This document shows positions 23,130 to 36,803 of a stretch of 64,000 nucleotides of DNA, piece after piece; position 1 is the stretch's first letter, and every line of letters starts with the position of its first letter. A program made the translations under genes and the position numbers. Under the pieces are notes generated by a model that saw only the letters and a list, made by a program, of their open reading frames with translations, had not been told where the DNA came from and made no database searches. Location of the stretch: positions 16,492,001-16,556,000 of the forward strand of contig OZ281494.1 in NCBI GenBank assembly GCA_965637545.1. Direction: 5' to 3'. The DNA is from Phallusia mammillata. Taxonomy: Eukaryota.

Positions 23130-26100
23130 ATGGAGGAATCTACACCAGCCAACAACAATAACTGTGTTTCAGTGGAAGTGCCAAAGCTTGAAAACGACAG
23201 TATACCTCAAGTCAAAGTTACACAGGTAAATGTTAACAACTGGATGTCAAGTGGTTTCAGCATGTTTTGTATATTTTATTGGCTATTTGTCATTTTAAAG
23301 GTGACAAAGTTAAGGGGTGAGGAGACAGAGATTGTTGTGAGCAGCGGAGGAGAAGATGAAGAGGTTTGTATGCTTTGTGTTTCATGTGACTTTTTTGATA
23401 AAAAACTTTTAAACCATTGTTTTGGTTGAAAACGAAAGCTCAATAACATAACATCTGTAGATGTTTTTTTAGGGTTGTGTTTTGGTACTTTATGCGCATT
23501 TTTGCTCAATGTATATAATGCCTATTATTAAGTTGACCTTTAAACTTTGAATATTCTTACTAAATTTGTTAATTTTTGATGTTTGGTAACTTAGAATTGT
23601 ATTGCCACAATGATATATAATTTAGTGTATGTTTGTAGTGTTTTTTAACACATTAAATATCAAACCTTACCTGGTATTAAACATGAGTTTTTTACTTTAA
23701 CCAGAGTTGCTATAAAATTGAAAAGTTGTCTAAAATGTAAAGGTTGTTTAGTTGGTAGTTAATTTCATCCCATGAACATGAACATAAAGATGTTAAAATT
23801 GTGTATAATGTTTCAAATAGCTACATGGGCCATTGGCCTATTACATAATTTTTCCCCTGTTATCCAAATGTTTTTTCCAACGTAATTGATAAAATTGCTG
23901 CATTTTTATCAATTTCCCTCATGTATTAGCTCTGTAATATGCCTATGTCGTCAACTGGTAACAAGGCGTACCTCAAAAATTACTAGGGGAAATGACAAAA
24001 TTGTGATGCATTTACAATCAATTTGTGGTAAACAGCTCTGAAGGTGCATATAGTGACAATACATACACACAATAGTTGCACATATTGACAAAAGCTTCCA
24101 ATCTGGCTAAAGTACCTCCCTTTTAAACAAACATAATGGCAAAAACATTTTAGGCAAAAGATTTCCAAGAAGTTTTAAAAGATGATCCAACATGGAGCCC
24201 ACCTCCTGTGGAACTTGAAACAAAAATGCGAGAACTTTTGGAACATTATTTCTCTGATGAAAATTTAGTCAAAGTGAGCTAATGAAATATGTCAAATCAT
24301 TTTTTTTTTCATCTGTATTATTCTTGAAAGGGGTTTAGTCAAGTGTATATTATGAAAAAATGTTGAACCATTATTAATGGAAATAGGTTTAAGTTATTGT
24401 ACATTATTTATTTTTCCAGGACAAGTTTTTGCTGAAACATGTCAAGCGAAATCGACTTGGCTATGTGTCAGTAAAGCTACTAACCAGTTTCAAAAAGCTC
24501 AAGAATCTGTCCCGGTCTGATTGGAGAATAACTGCCTACTGCATTGTGAAATCTAAAACATTGGAACTTAACAGACCTGTGAGTACCTTATTCAAACCCA
24601 TAGAGATTAAAAAAAACTGTTACAATTTTATCAACTTATGAAGCTTACTGAACAAATAAATTCAATACTCCACAATAAAATTCTACTTAAAGTGTAATAC
24701 TGTAATTGCTAACATAAATTTATTATGTGATGTTATTTGTACAGCATAAATATAAATAAAAAGTGTGAATTACAACTGGTTTTGATTCTATGGTGTTTTC
24801 TTACATGACAAAAATCAGATTGTTTATGTATACATGTTAAACCATTAATATAAATGCAGCAAGTGTCATTGCTTCTGCAATTCAAAACATTTCTTTAAAA
24901 ATTGTGTGCATGAATCATGTAAAAAAAACCACCAGCAGAATTAATGACAGAAAGTATTTAAACATCACTTTTGTTGCACAGGGGACTAAAGTTCGCCGAA
25001 GGGAACCCTTACCTGAAATTGACCTTCCTACAACTTCAATTAAAACCCTGTTATACAAGTTACCAGAGGGAAGTGATGAGCCTACAATAGAAGGAGTAAG
25101 TAATCATATGTGATGTCCAGATAATTTCATTACATCCACTTCTACCTGTTGGCTACACCACTTAAAAAGTTGATTGTTGCAATTATTGTAACTTTGATTG
25201 ATACAAGTCAACTTGTCATCCTTAATTAAGGGTAACTACCAAGAAAGTGTAAACATTACTTGTAACATTTTTATGAGACCTTTAATTATGTGAATTGTCT
25301 CAATTACTGACAGAAAGTGTTACTTAAGTAGCTAGCATTTTCTTTTTTGATGTTAGTACTTTTTGTTCGTGCTAAAGAAAAATTTGTTAAAGGTTAGATT
25401 ATAAATTTGTTAAAGGAGAGTATTTTTTTCAAACAATATAAAAATTTTCCAGACAAACTGAGAAAATCGTAAATATCATTATTAAACTCATGAAACTATA
25501 CTTTTCTGCAGGTTTCTGAACAGTTTAAAAGTTTTGGTGAACTTACAACTGTCCGAATTATCCGACCAAGCAAGGAGGTTCCTGTCGACCTTCGCAATCA
25601 CACAACAAAACACCCAGAGTTGGGAACCCATACCTGTGTTGTTATTGAGTTTGAAAGCACTGATGCAGCACAGGTAAAATATTTTCACACACTTTTTACA
25701 GTTTTTTGTGCTAAAATTAAAGCTTTGAAAATAATGTTATTTTATCAAAATATATGTAACAAATTTCTCTAACATATGTTACTAGGTGTGTAGATTGAAC
25801 TATATAATTCATACTTTTGTATGAATTCAGCAGTTTGCCTTGATAAAGTATATGACAGAACTTTAAGCCTACTATGACGATGTGTTGTTAAGATTCTATT
25901 GTGAGAAACAAATTTATGTTTTTATGTGAAACTTAAAATTTACAGAATGCATACAAGACATTGTCAAAGCAAGCCAGAGAAGATAACAAACCAGAAATGT
26001 ACAGTTTACTTGGATCAGGCAGAAATCCAAGAAAACAAGCAGTAAAAGGAATCGGAAAGCATCGCGATATGCTAGGATATGACAGCTCTGAAGACTCATG

Positions 26101-29100
26101 TTTAAGGTAAATCGTTTTGGTCTTAGCAAAAAAAAAATTATGTTTGTTTTTTCGAATGCTGTATAAATACTTTACTTGTTGTTTGTTAAATGTTTTGTTT
26201 TTTCAATGTTGCAATTTTGTCAGATGGCCATGTATTAAAAAACTGTATATAATTTACTGAAAATCTATCCTTGAATGTTGGTAAAGTTAATTAAGATTTT
26301 TAACCTTGTTATCTTTATTATTAAGACCCTAAGATTTGAAAACGAAAATGCCAAATTTATCTGTGCATGTCTCATTAATAATGTATTTCTTATAAGTATT
26401 CATATTATTGGATTTCTGTCACCAGGGATTTACATTTTGTTTTTCTGCTGCATAAATATACATAGACACTGTGACTGTACATTAACTTGGTAACTAACAC
26501 ACAAATTCTACTTCTTACAGTTCTAGAGAAAACAGTCCACTGATGGCCCGTAAATTTGTGAATGGGCGAGGGGGGTTGAAAGGAAGGTGCAGCACCTCCC
26601 CACTTGTAAGCCCACAAGGAAGCAGAGACACCAGCCCTGATAGAAGCTACAGTAATTACATGTTTTCTTGTGTAATGATATGCATTAACCGCTGAACTGT
26701 TTTCTGTTGTGTTATTTTGTATTGTTATGCAAAAATTAGTTAAACAATACGTAAAATATTGGCCTTTCAGAATGTTTTAAAACAAGTTTGTCTGATGGTT
26801 GACCTAGTTTTGGCTTGTTTTTATTTGTTTAATACTTTTACACTCATTTGTGTTGATATAGATTCAAAGAGTCCCAGAAATAGTCCAAAAATGCAGAGGA
26901 AAAACAAAAATGGCTCTGCACATAGCACCCCATCAGGTATGCAAAGGCAATTTTTATAGCTTTCTACTGAATCACAACAAATTGGTTCCTTTGGTTAACA
27001 GGCAGCCCATGGTTTCAACGAAGGGGCAGCAGAGACAACACACCAGATGCTAGTCCCCGCGGCAGTCCTGCTCCAAACAGAAAACAACAAACTAAACCTG
27101 CCAACCACCAGAAAACAACATCACCACTAGCTATTACCAACAACTCATTGGTAAGTGGCCCAATGTGGAATTGTGGTTAAAGGATGAAGTGTACAATTTG
27201 GTTTATCGGACGACTATTTTAATCAGAAACCATTTTAGTTTTCAATCGAAAAATTGACCTACAACAAAATAATGTGATTTTTCACACTGACGTTTTCATT
27301 GATTTCTGGTCAATTGCCTGACCAGTTCCCATACAAACTACCCTTGAGTAAACCGAAACTATCATAAATCTATTTCCAAATTGTCGTTTTTTATCCCGGA
27401 GCAGAAACGAATGGTCACGCGCGACGGACTTAGAAGGTTATCTGGATCGAAGGTAGCCGCATATAGAGCTGTGGTAGCGATTTCATTATGCTTCGCATGC
27501 ATGATGAATATGTTTTGCGTGGTCGATATGCTTGCTTTCATCGCTTAAGAGCCGTAGACAATACTAGATAGGAGTCTCATTTTTTTCTGGTTTTAACGAA
27601 ACTCACCACAGTTTCGTTTTTGATTGTAGAGATACTAGTCTGCTTGTGCAATTTGAAGCTTCTGTGTTGTATAATTCCGTTCGAATTGGTATGTTAAAAT
27701 GCAATTAACGACGAATTTTTTCCTGCAGTATCTGGTGGAAAAAACAACGGAATAAATATATATTTAGATCTAGACTGTTGAAATAGACTGTTTTATTTAG
27801 AGACCGGTATAAAAAAAATATTTACTTTTAATGCTATCTTTTGAGTCTCTTCGATTCGTAAATGTTAATGATACATTGTTTGCGGAAATCCCCACTAAAT
27901 AGGCCACTGAAATAGAATGCGTCATTTAGGAAGCAATTGACCCATGGCGATATATTACGTCATGAAAAAAAACTTCGCACAACTATCTCAATCAACTAAT
28001 CGCAAACGCACAACACGAGTATGCTATTGGAAATGCATTACCACCAAACACATTACAACATGACATGGCCTCATTGCGATCGAGTCTAATCAAACCAGGT
28101 TATTTGAGGCTAGTCGTAGTTTTTTTTTATTGGAATAAAGTACTGTGTTTCCTTTAATAAGAGTTTTTACTACACCACATTGCAAGTTAAATAACTACAC
28201 AAACTAGCGATATTGACAGAAATTTACAAAGAAATTAAAATAGATTAAAAAAAATACCGTTTTACATTTTGTTTGCGCTTTTGCAAAACCGATATATCGG
28301 TAAATAAAATTTACATTGATATTTGTGGCGACGCTGCAAATATAACGCATGTGGTACCACTTTTACGTAACATACACGTCATATAGCACACACCGACCGG
28401 CGTCATCTGACAGGTGCTAATGTTTTTTCGATAAAAACGCATGCTGTTTTTGTGGACCTTGTTTCTTAATCATGCCACCTGCGTAAAAATCTAAAACAAG
28501 CGCGTGTTGGGTTTCAGTTTATTTTCGTTTTACCCTACGCCAAACACTTGCTTTGCTACGTGCGCGGTACAGCTTTATTGATTTTTTTAACAAAACCTCG
28601 TTTTGCATTTTTTTGGAAAATTAAAAACGCTATTTAATGCTTGGAATTATTTAGTACGAAATCCCTTGTTCAGTAGAAAAGTAACTTTGCTTGATCAATG
28701 ATCATGTACTTTTCAGGTCTGTGTCATTTGTACCTAGTTGATCACATTAACTAGCCTATACACTTGCCATAAGAGCTCTATATAGTTGATATTATATCTG
28801 GCAGCAACAGCTTATATAAATGGTTAAATATATTTATTATTCAATGCAGCTCAGTCCGAATGACTCGGTGTCAGGTGGAAGTACTCCAACAGGTGGATCA
28901 AGTCCATGGCTACAAAGGCGAAGGCAGTTCGTCGCTTCGCAAGGTAAGTTGTCAACTGATTACTGTATTCCGCAATTTAATACGTTGTTGAAGTTTATTG
29001 GTAAAATGCACGTAAGATTTCGTTTCATTGTACACAATCCCGTATGCCGCTAAATGCAACAATAAATTGTATTGTATGTGTTTAAGCAACTGAGAAAATA

Positions 29101-30455
29101 AACTCCGGCTTATAACAACTTTCAAGCACTTTATGCAGACTAGCACCACTCATCCCCTTCTCCCGACCAAAAGCGCATTTGTTCCGGAACGTTAATACTT
29201 TGCCAGAAAGTAGTGACGCATTTGCGGCAATGAAAACAATGCTAGGCTGTCTGGTGGTGACCCTCAAAGTGTTGTTAAAGTGAATTTTGTTTCGAAAAAG
29301 CCCTCGTTTATTGCGAAACATCGATGATAGATTGTTTTTTGGCTTTGGAAACATACCAAGCCAGTCTCATCTCCTGTGTTAAAAGTACCGCTTAGTTGTG
29401 CTATATATCTTGCTTGATAGCGTCTCAGTGGCCCTAAGCCGTCATCAAATTGACAGGCAAACGTCAAACGACTACGTTTTGCCTCTCAGGTAAATACTTG
29501 TAACGGTTACGTAGCCGAACTCGTAAAACGCACACATTTGACGTCACTGTTGTGTGGTTTGGCTCGAGGCAGAATGTTGTAATTCATAGCTGAGCCTAAT
29601 TGTCACTTCATCAGGCCGTGGCTCTGTTGGTGTTCGGGTCAACTGAATGCCAGTCTAATTGACACGTGCCTTACGACAATCTATTGTTCCTTGCGTGGCA
29701 ATCTTGGGTTGGTTCGTGGGTGTGTAAGTACAGGGGTTTTAGATGAAATAATAACGCTCCCCTTTGCTTTATTGGAAATCGGTCAAGCTTGGGCAAAAAC
29801 AAACCTTTTGCCACACCTAGATGTTTTATAGCCTAACTTTTACGATAATGGACAGCAAATAGTTGACGACTTATTGCTGTGACGATTTCTGGCAGATAGA
29901 TACATTTACGATGTTGTGTAACAGAGGCACATTGCCCTTTAAGTCATTGCCTGCTGCAGTATTGGTTGTCCAGTCCACAAAGGCTAAGTAAAAAAGTCCT
30001 GCAAAAATGTATCTACCCGGCATATAGCATGAAAATCCTGTATCATTTTAGATTTACAAGTCTATTCTGATCAGTTTTAGATTCGCCTGTACATATTATA
30101 ATTGAAGTAATTGGCCGCTGGGCTCAAGGTTGCGTAAACCTGTTCTAATTGCTAGGATACTTACACGTTAAAAAATGGGTCGGCTCAAAAAATGCTTATT
30201 TACTGCGGCCAATAATCCTATGTAATAACTTGACATATTATTATAGGTAATTCTCCTGCAACCACGCCTGGTTCAAGTCCTGTCCTCGGCAGAAAATTTC
30301 AGGATGGAGTTCCGTTGGGTGTCGCTCGTCTTCCACGCGGGCCACCGAACAGCAACGCAAAAGGCTTTCAGGCCGCCTGGAAGCGTAAACTAAAGACCGA
30401 GGCGCTTATCGACAAGCTGCAGCAAGATGTCAAAGAAATAACCATAGTCAACTAA
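23130..30455 (+). CDS. LARP6: La-related protein 6 (La motif, RRM-like domain, C-terminal LSA/SUZ-C), about 13 coding exons
   Basis: WSPPP...EHYFSDENLVK|DKFLLKHVKRNRLGYVSVKLLTSFKKLK...DWRIT...|GTKVRRREPLP; RRM FGELTTVRIIRP...CVVIEFES; SSPWLQRRR; last exon VARLPRGPPNSNAKGF. Exons join in frame at GT-AG sites. Confidence 0.92.
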
Positions 30456-31211
30456 TGAATCGCCGGTGTTTCTAAATTGCTCTTTTCAATGATGATTGTG
30501 GCTTTGCTTCTGGGCCAACGCTGTGTTTTTTCCTGCTGCTTTAAGCTGCCTTGTTAACATTAGACCTGATGACAGTATCAGTTTCCAAACAGTAGATTAT
30601 TTATTGAACATGTGTTCCATTGTGAGAAGTAATGTTGACTAAAAAACACGTTTTCCTATGTATTTGTACAAGTAAAGAGTCCTTATTTGGTCCCTAACCC
30701 TCATAAAAAGCATGAACTGAATTTCAGATTCAACAAAAATATACTTGAGCACTTATCCAGACCGGGATACATTAATATTTCCTGTCAAGCCAAATGTGAA
30801 TCTTTGTATTGTGGAAGTAAGTGACACATCAAACAGGTGTGCAATATTCCTGACCAATTTATTTTACTTCTGTCTGCGCTTTTGGTACGGAATGCAAACT
30901 TTCTATTGGATTTAATGTTTTGTTGCATAATCTTTCTAAGATCCTTCTATCTCATTGTTGCACAGCATTGGCCAGTGGATGCACTGGTTTTTGCTTTTGT
31001 GTCTTATGTTATATGTAAGTATTTGGGACGTTTTTTTGTATTTTGGTTTGGAAATGTTTGTGACCTGTGGTCATACTTGATCATGTTATGTGGGTGGGGG
31101 CTGTTTTGTGCAAATTTCATTGACTAAATGGTGTAGCACAAGTGAATAAACATGATTGAATAATGACACAAGACATTACCAAGTGGTATTCATAAACTGC
31201 AAAACAAAATG

Positions 31212-34200
31212 TCAGTCAAGAACTGCTTGGATCATTTTGAAAAAAGTTTTTCTTGTATCCTGATAGAACAACAACAAAGGATCGACTGCTCCATTTTCAA
31301 GTAACTTTAGTTCTTTACAGAAACTAGAGTCTTTGTCAAAATCCCAATCATCTGGTGATGCAACAAATACTGTTGAAATATGGGAAAACTTTGACAAAAT
31401 TTCAGCTTGAACCATTCTGCCAAGTTGCTGCAAAATACTGATACAATCCTTGGTCAGTGGAGGAAATGCTTTGGTGAAGTTAGGAAAGGTTGCAATTGCG
31501 CGTGAGAAGAATGAGCACTGACTTTTAGATGGCACCACTAAATAAAAATAAAGTAACCCAAAAGTTAAAATTAGTTACTAATTTTAGACAATTCAAATTA
31601 AAAGCCATTAGTTTATGACAACCTGTCACAAATGTAGAAATTGTGTTGATGCACAACTTTGCAATAGCCAGTGACTTGGGTAGGGGATATTGCAAAGATA
31701 TGTGAGAAGCTAGTTCAAAAGCAAATAAATGCTGCAAGCGCTTCGTGTGCTGAAGCATCTCAGGAATAAAATCAAGGCAAATGTGCATTGAGGGAACTCC
31801 TGCCACCAACACTGGGATCATTTCACTTGCATAACCCTGCAATTTTAAAACAAACATGTCAACATCGTGATTTAAGTAATATCATAAAACACATGAAAAA
31901 AATGCAACCACATCATGGGTACCTGAAAATGAACCAACTTAGCAACATTCGGATCAGCAATAAACATCTGATGCAATTGAGAACAGATGAGGCACTGAAC
32001 CTCTCTTTGACAAGTAAGCAGATTTATATCATCATCGTTTGGGTTTACCCTCTCATGGCACATACAAATTTCTATCAACAACTGAACAACAGCACTGTTT
32101 TGAGCAGCATTTAATGCAATTCTAAGCTCATCTTTTTCATTTTCTGAAACTGGAGTGAACCCCAATGGACTGGAACTTCTTGCTGAGGACTTTGAAGAGT
32201 CCAAGGTTGGATTTGCTTTGAGCAGAGCAGTTGATTGTGAGTGTGAAGCTGACAAACATGCTGACAATATGCGCAGTATGATTGGCAGCAGATCAGGACA
32301 TTTAAGTATTCTACTGTCTATGTTTAAAGGCAGAAGTGGATTGTTTACCAAGGCTTCAAAAGTAACTCCTATCTGAGGAGTCAACTTCTTCCCTGCATGT
32401 GGAGTTTGAAGTGATGAAACTGTTAAAACCCACAGCTTAAGTGGAATAACAGAGTTGAGTTTGAACCATAACTTTTGCGCTTCTTGTCTTACCCTTCTAG
32501 AAACTTTGTCATTAAGAAGGTGAAGCAGACCCTGTGTAAAGCTATTGGCATAGCAAATAATGCTGTCACATGGAACCCTTGGATGTGTCAACATCTTCAA
32601 ATGCATCAGAGCAGGAGCTGGGTTTACAGAAACTCTTTCCAAACCTTGCAGAAACTGTTTATTTGTAAAGCTTTTTCCTGATCCACCTAGTCCACTGTTT
32701 GCCTGTCTGGAAACTGATTGCATGGAGTTGGTTAGGAAGTCAAGATCTTGCATCCAGTCATCAACCATACACAAATGTGGTAAATGGGTAATTAGCAAGC
32801 CCAGCAATGCAGGATAAAGGCCTTGGGAGCATTTTGGTTGTCTTTGTGCTTTGTAAAGCAAAAGTTTCACCGGTATCTGGTTAATAAGTGATGAAGAGTA
32901 GCGAGCTGGTCGATTTTGAATCAATGCTAGAGTTTTCATATTGTTCAATATGGAGTCTTCATATTGCAAGACATAATACAACATCAAAAGCTTCGATGTC
33001 AAAGTGCAAGAATCAATAGGACTGTAATTTTGTTTTTTACCCAATTTTAAACTGTCCAAAGAAATTCCGAAAACTTCCATTATTTGTTCTTCTGTAAAAG
33101 GCTCATTAAGAATGCCATCTTCTTTGATGTGATGCCCTTTTGATAGTGGAGTAACTATAGTAACCACAAACTGTTGTATGAGTGGTTGTAGTTGGGGATG
33201 TAATGGACTTGTTGCTGAGCATATTTGCTTGTAGATCCAGTCCTTTACAGATATTCTACCCTGGGAAAAAGCTCTGGTCTTCAGAAGCTGATAAACACAA
33301 TGCACTGGTAAATATCCTGTCATTGCATCATTTAGGTTCTTAGTGACAGGAACTTGAGTAGCATGTGCAGCCACAACATGTGTGGGGAAGACTTCTTCAG
33401 TAAAAATGTGCTTTAATCTGTTCAGTGAAGAATTGCTTACTTTCATTCGCATTCCAAGGGTGGCACACGCCAATCTAACTGCAGCTGCTCTTCGATCCCC
33501 ATGCAAATGTATAGCAGTAAGCAGCAATTGCTCAGCAAATGAACATCCTTCTGGACCCACATTTTCCATCTCAGAAGAATGACTTGCAAGCCATTTGATC
33601 CAACGGATGACCTGGGACTCCTGCTCTTCAGCAACCAATTGAGGACATGCCAACAGCATACCAAGTGCTATGGAGACAAACCGAATTCCTAATGCACTCA
33701 TTGGTGGAAAGCATGTGATGAGCTGTAAAATTAGGTCAGATTCCTCTTGCGAAAACTTTACACTTGCAATGGCCTTTAGTGCACAATACAGTCTAAGAAT
33801 AGCAGAAGCACGCAGACAATTTTGCTCCAACAAAAGATACATTGAATTGGAATTCCCTAGTGCTGGTGTGTTGCTGGATTGACTACTAATATTATCATTT
33901 GATTCAGATGAGGAATTTTCAATAGGAACTTCAGCTTTTTTAACAATGCTTCTGAGTTCTTTAACTAACTGCTGACGAAGAATACAGTCCTTGGGGTCCT
34001 TGTTCTGTCTGATGTAAGTTGCAAACCACAATCTTACTTTTACATCATTTCCAAGCAAGAGACCACTCGCAAAAGCAACCAAACCACTTACTGAGTGAAA
34101 TTCCTCTAAACTTTGGTTGGCCAATTCTTTGTGGTGCAGTGTTAACTTAACTGCAAGGTCTGGCAGTTTACAGTTATGCACACACAAGTCTCTGGTTGTA

Positions 34201-34970
34201 AGCATGTAGTTGGGATTCATGATACATAAAGTTTGAAGTGCAGTACATCGCAGCTGTTCATTGATGCTGCAGACCTTCTTATCATTTTCTAACCCAAGTA
34301 AGGAGTTACATACACTCATGAATGACTCTGGGTTATTGGCTACTAGTTTACACATTACTTCAGTTCCATTGTTCAAACAGAGTAAAGCTTCACATACTAC
34401 TGGAAGACGAAGCAATTTTGGAAGCTCGGCACATAAAATACACAGCACATCTGATACATCTTCGAAGTAAGCACTACATGTAAAAAGTTCGGAGTCAGAC
34501 ACAGACTGTGGAACACTTGAAGAAGATAAATCATGAGATTCAATTTGTAAGATATGGGGCAACAATTCAGACAGCACAATTCGAAAACGGCGGGCAGGCT
34601 CACTTCGTTCAAACTCTAGCATTAGTCCCTGCTGCTTGATCCCTGATATTAAACTGCTTTCTCCCAATGCACCTACACCCATTTTTGATCTTAACTGCTG
34701 TTCCTTTCTTGCATCCTCCTCCAAATCATGAAAATCAACAGACAATAGAGCAATGATATCATTGACAGCACTCAGTCCCGATAAAAGCTGGAGCAATAGT
34801 TTCCGCTTCTCCTGCCACTCTGTGCTGGTGTCAAGGGAGGTACATAGTGACATCCTTACCAATGAGGGGAGCAGCGGCCTCACTTTGCAAGCGGGGAGCT
34901 GCAACAAACCTTGAATGTCCAAGTTTGACATCATTACAAAAATACTCGGTTCAACAGTATAACTCATCAT
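31212..34970 (-). CDS. INTS2: Integrator complex subunit 2 (exons about 34970-31923, 31836-31623, 31537-31212)
   Basis: A 1032-aa ORF carries RPLLPSLVRMSLC, LMLEFERSEPARRFRIVLSELL and CSQLHQMFIADPNVAKLVHFQ, spliced to GYASEMIPVLVAGVPSMHICLDFIPE...QYPLPKSL and FPPL. Introns are about 86 and 85 nt. Confidence 0.95.
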
Positions 34971-36803
34971 AAGGTTCCCAAACAGACCCTATTTTAGGTT
35001 TTTTAATCACCAGAACAACCTTAAAAATTACAAAGATTTGGTGATTACTATAGGCGCTGCGCATTGTTTTTTGATAGTTGATACCATTATCAGAGAAAAC
35101 ATTGCATCAATAGTAACATAAATGTTGTTGAGAAAAAAAGAAACTTCAATGGTAGGCTTGCAGCCAATTACTACGAAAATATTAAATCAACAAACCAAGT
35201 CATTTACAGTTGTTTCTTTGGCATATTTTTGCTCAAAGCGAATAAATCCAGTTCGGACCAGTTTGACACACAATACAATAATTTACAGTTAAGTTTTGCC
35301 TAGTTCGTATATGTGTCATAGTTCAAACACATAAATGGAAGAAAACTGAAACAATAACTTGCGCCCTTACAGTTCATCACACATGTTGTTTTTAAAGCAT
35401 GTCCAATGATGCGTACTAGCAATAAACCTTTTGGACACGAATTCGAATGTTAACATGTAGGATTCGTATCGTTTGTTTATCACAGTAAAAGTGGTGGACT
35501 TGGGTAAAGGAATTTAAATGCAACGAAAAAGAAATAAAACTCGTATTGCGTGCTGTATTGTGGCAAAAACCCGTTGGGTCTGTTTTATTTCTCGTGGTCC
35601 ATCTGTTTACTCTCATCCGACGGATCCCATCAGGCTTCGTTGATTTTCTCATTAGACTCTCGCTTTGATATGAAGGTCGAATCTCATCATTTGTCGTTTG
35701 GTTTGTTGATAACATTACGTCTTAATGAGTTAATTTCAGATGAATGTAATTATATTTAAATCTGTACTTTAAATGTTTAATAGTGAGCTTTTTTGTTTAA
35801 TGTATGTTAGGGTTTGTTTGTTTGTTGTTTTTGAAATGGCAGTGACAATATAAACTGTAATCATAATTGCGTTGTCGTGCATTACCATTCCACCTTTTTG
35901 ACAGCATGATTGTATCAATAGCTGAGTTGGAGAAACTAATTTTCTGTTGCAATTTGTTTGTAACTTTCTTATAGCAACATTTTTTATGAGCCTGATGGCC
36001 GAAAAACTAGCTAATGACAAGAAGCATTTTTACATTTAAATAATCTCTAAATCGACAGCTTTAGTTGCATTCAGGTGATATTTGTAGAATTAATGCTTGT
36101 TATTGTGACAATAAATGAGGTAGTTGTTTTTTTGACAAAGAAAAGTAATTTTGACAATAAATGTTTCTCAGAAATGTGTTTATGTTACAATCAATCGCTT
36201 CTGATCTGATCATATCTCATTTTGATGACTTTTTAACTACTTAACTATTTCTTTATTGCATAATAAATGAACGAATAAAACTTTATTGAATGGTTATTAT
36301 GTACGTAATCCGCAACTATTGATTATCAAGTAGAAGTATTTTTTGTCATCACATGTCTAAAGTGGCATGGTTCAAACAATAACGGACAACCAGTGGGTAA
36401 AACGTAACAGTAACACAGGTGCAACAATAATCTCAACTAAATTAAAAGCTGCGCTTTTTTGCAGTTTTCTCTTTCCTTTGGAATTTATTTTTTCCCTTTA
36501 AACTTTATTGTTGAGGTAATTTTCGGATTTAAAATTTGGCTGTTACCTTTTTCTGTCATTCTTACTATGTGATGATGATGGCACTATTGTTATTATGTTA
36601 ACAACATTCAACAACTAAGGTGTAAGATAACAAATTACTTCTTTACTTTATAGGCACCGTAAAAAAGTTTTTAGGCAGTTGATGCATATGTTTGCTTGCA
36701 CCGATTGAAGGTTTGCCTTGTACTGGCCATTGGCCAAAACATAGGCAAGGAACATTTACATAAATTCATCCTGCAGTATTTGGATGTACTGTGAATCGGA
36801 TCA

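Noticed and set aside
27490-27560. TGATGA box-C-like motif suggesting an intronic snoRNA
   Set aside because: No downstream CTGA box D or terminal stem at a suitable distance.
31788-34612. Numerous 65-110 aa ORFs overlapping INTS2 on both strands
   Set aside because: Shadow frames of a long coding exon, with no recognisable motifs.
35416-36020. Small ORFs between INTS2 and ELL
   Set aside because: Non-ATG or low-complexity, no motifs; likely promoter or 5'UTR sequence.
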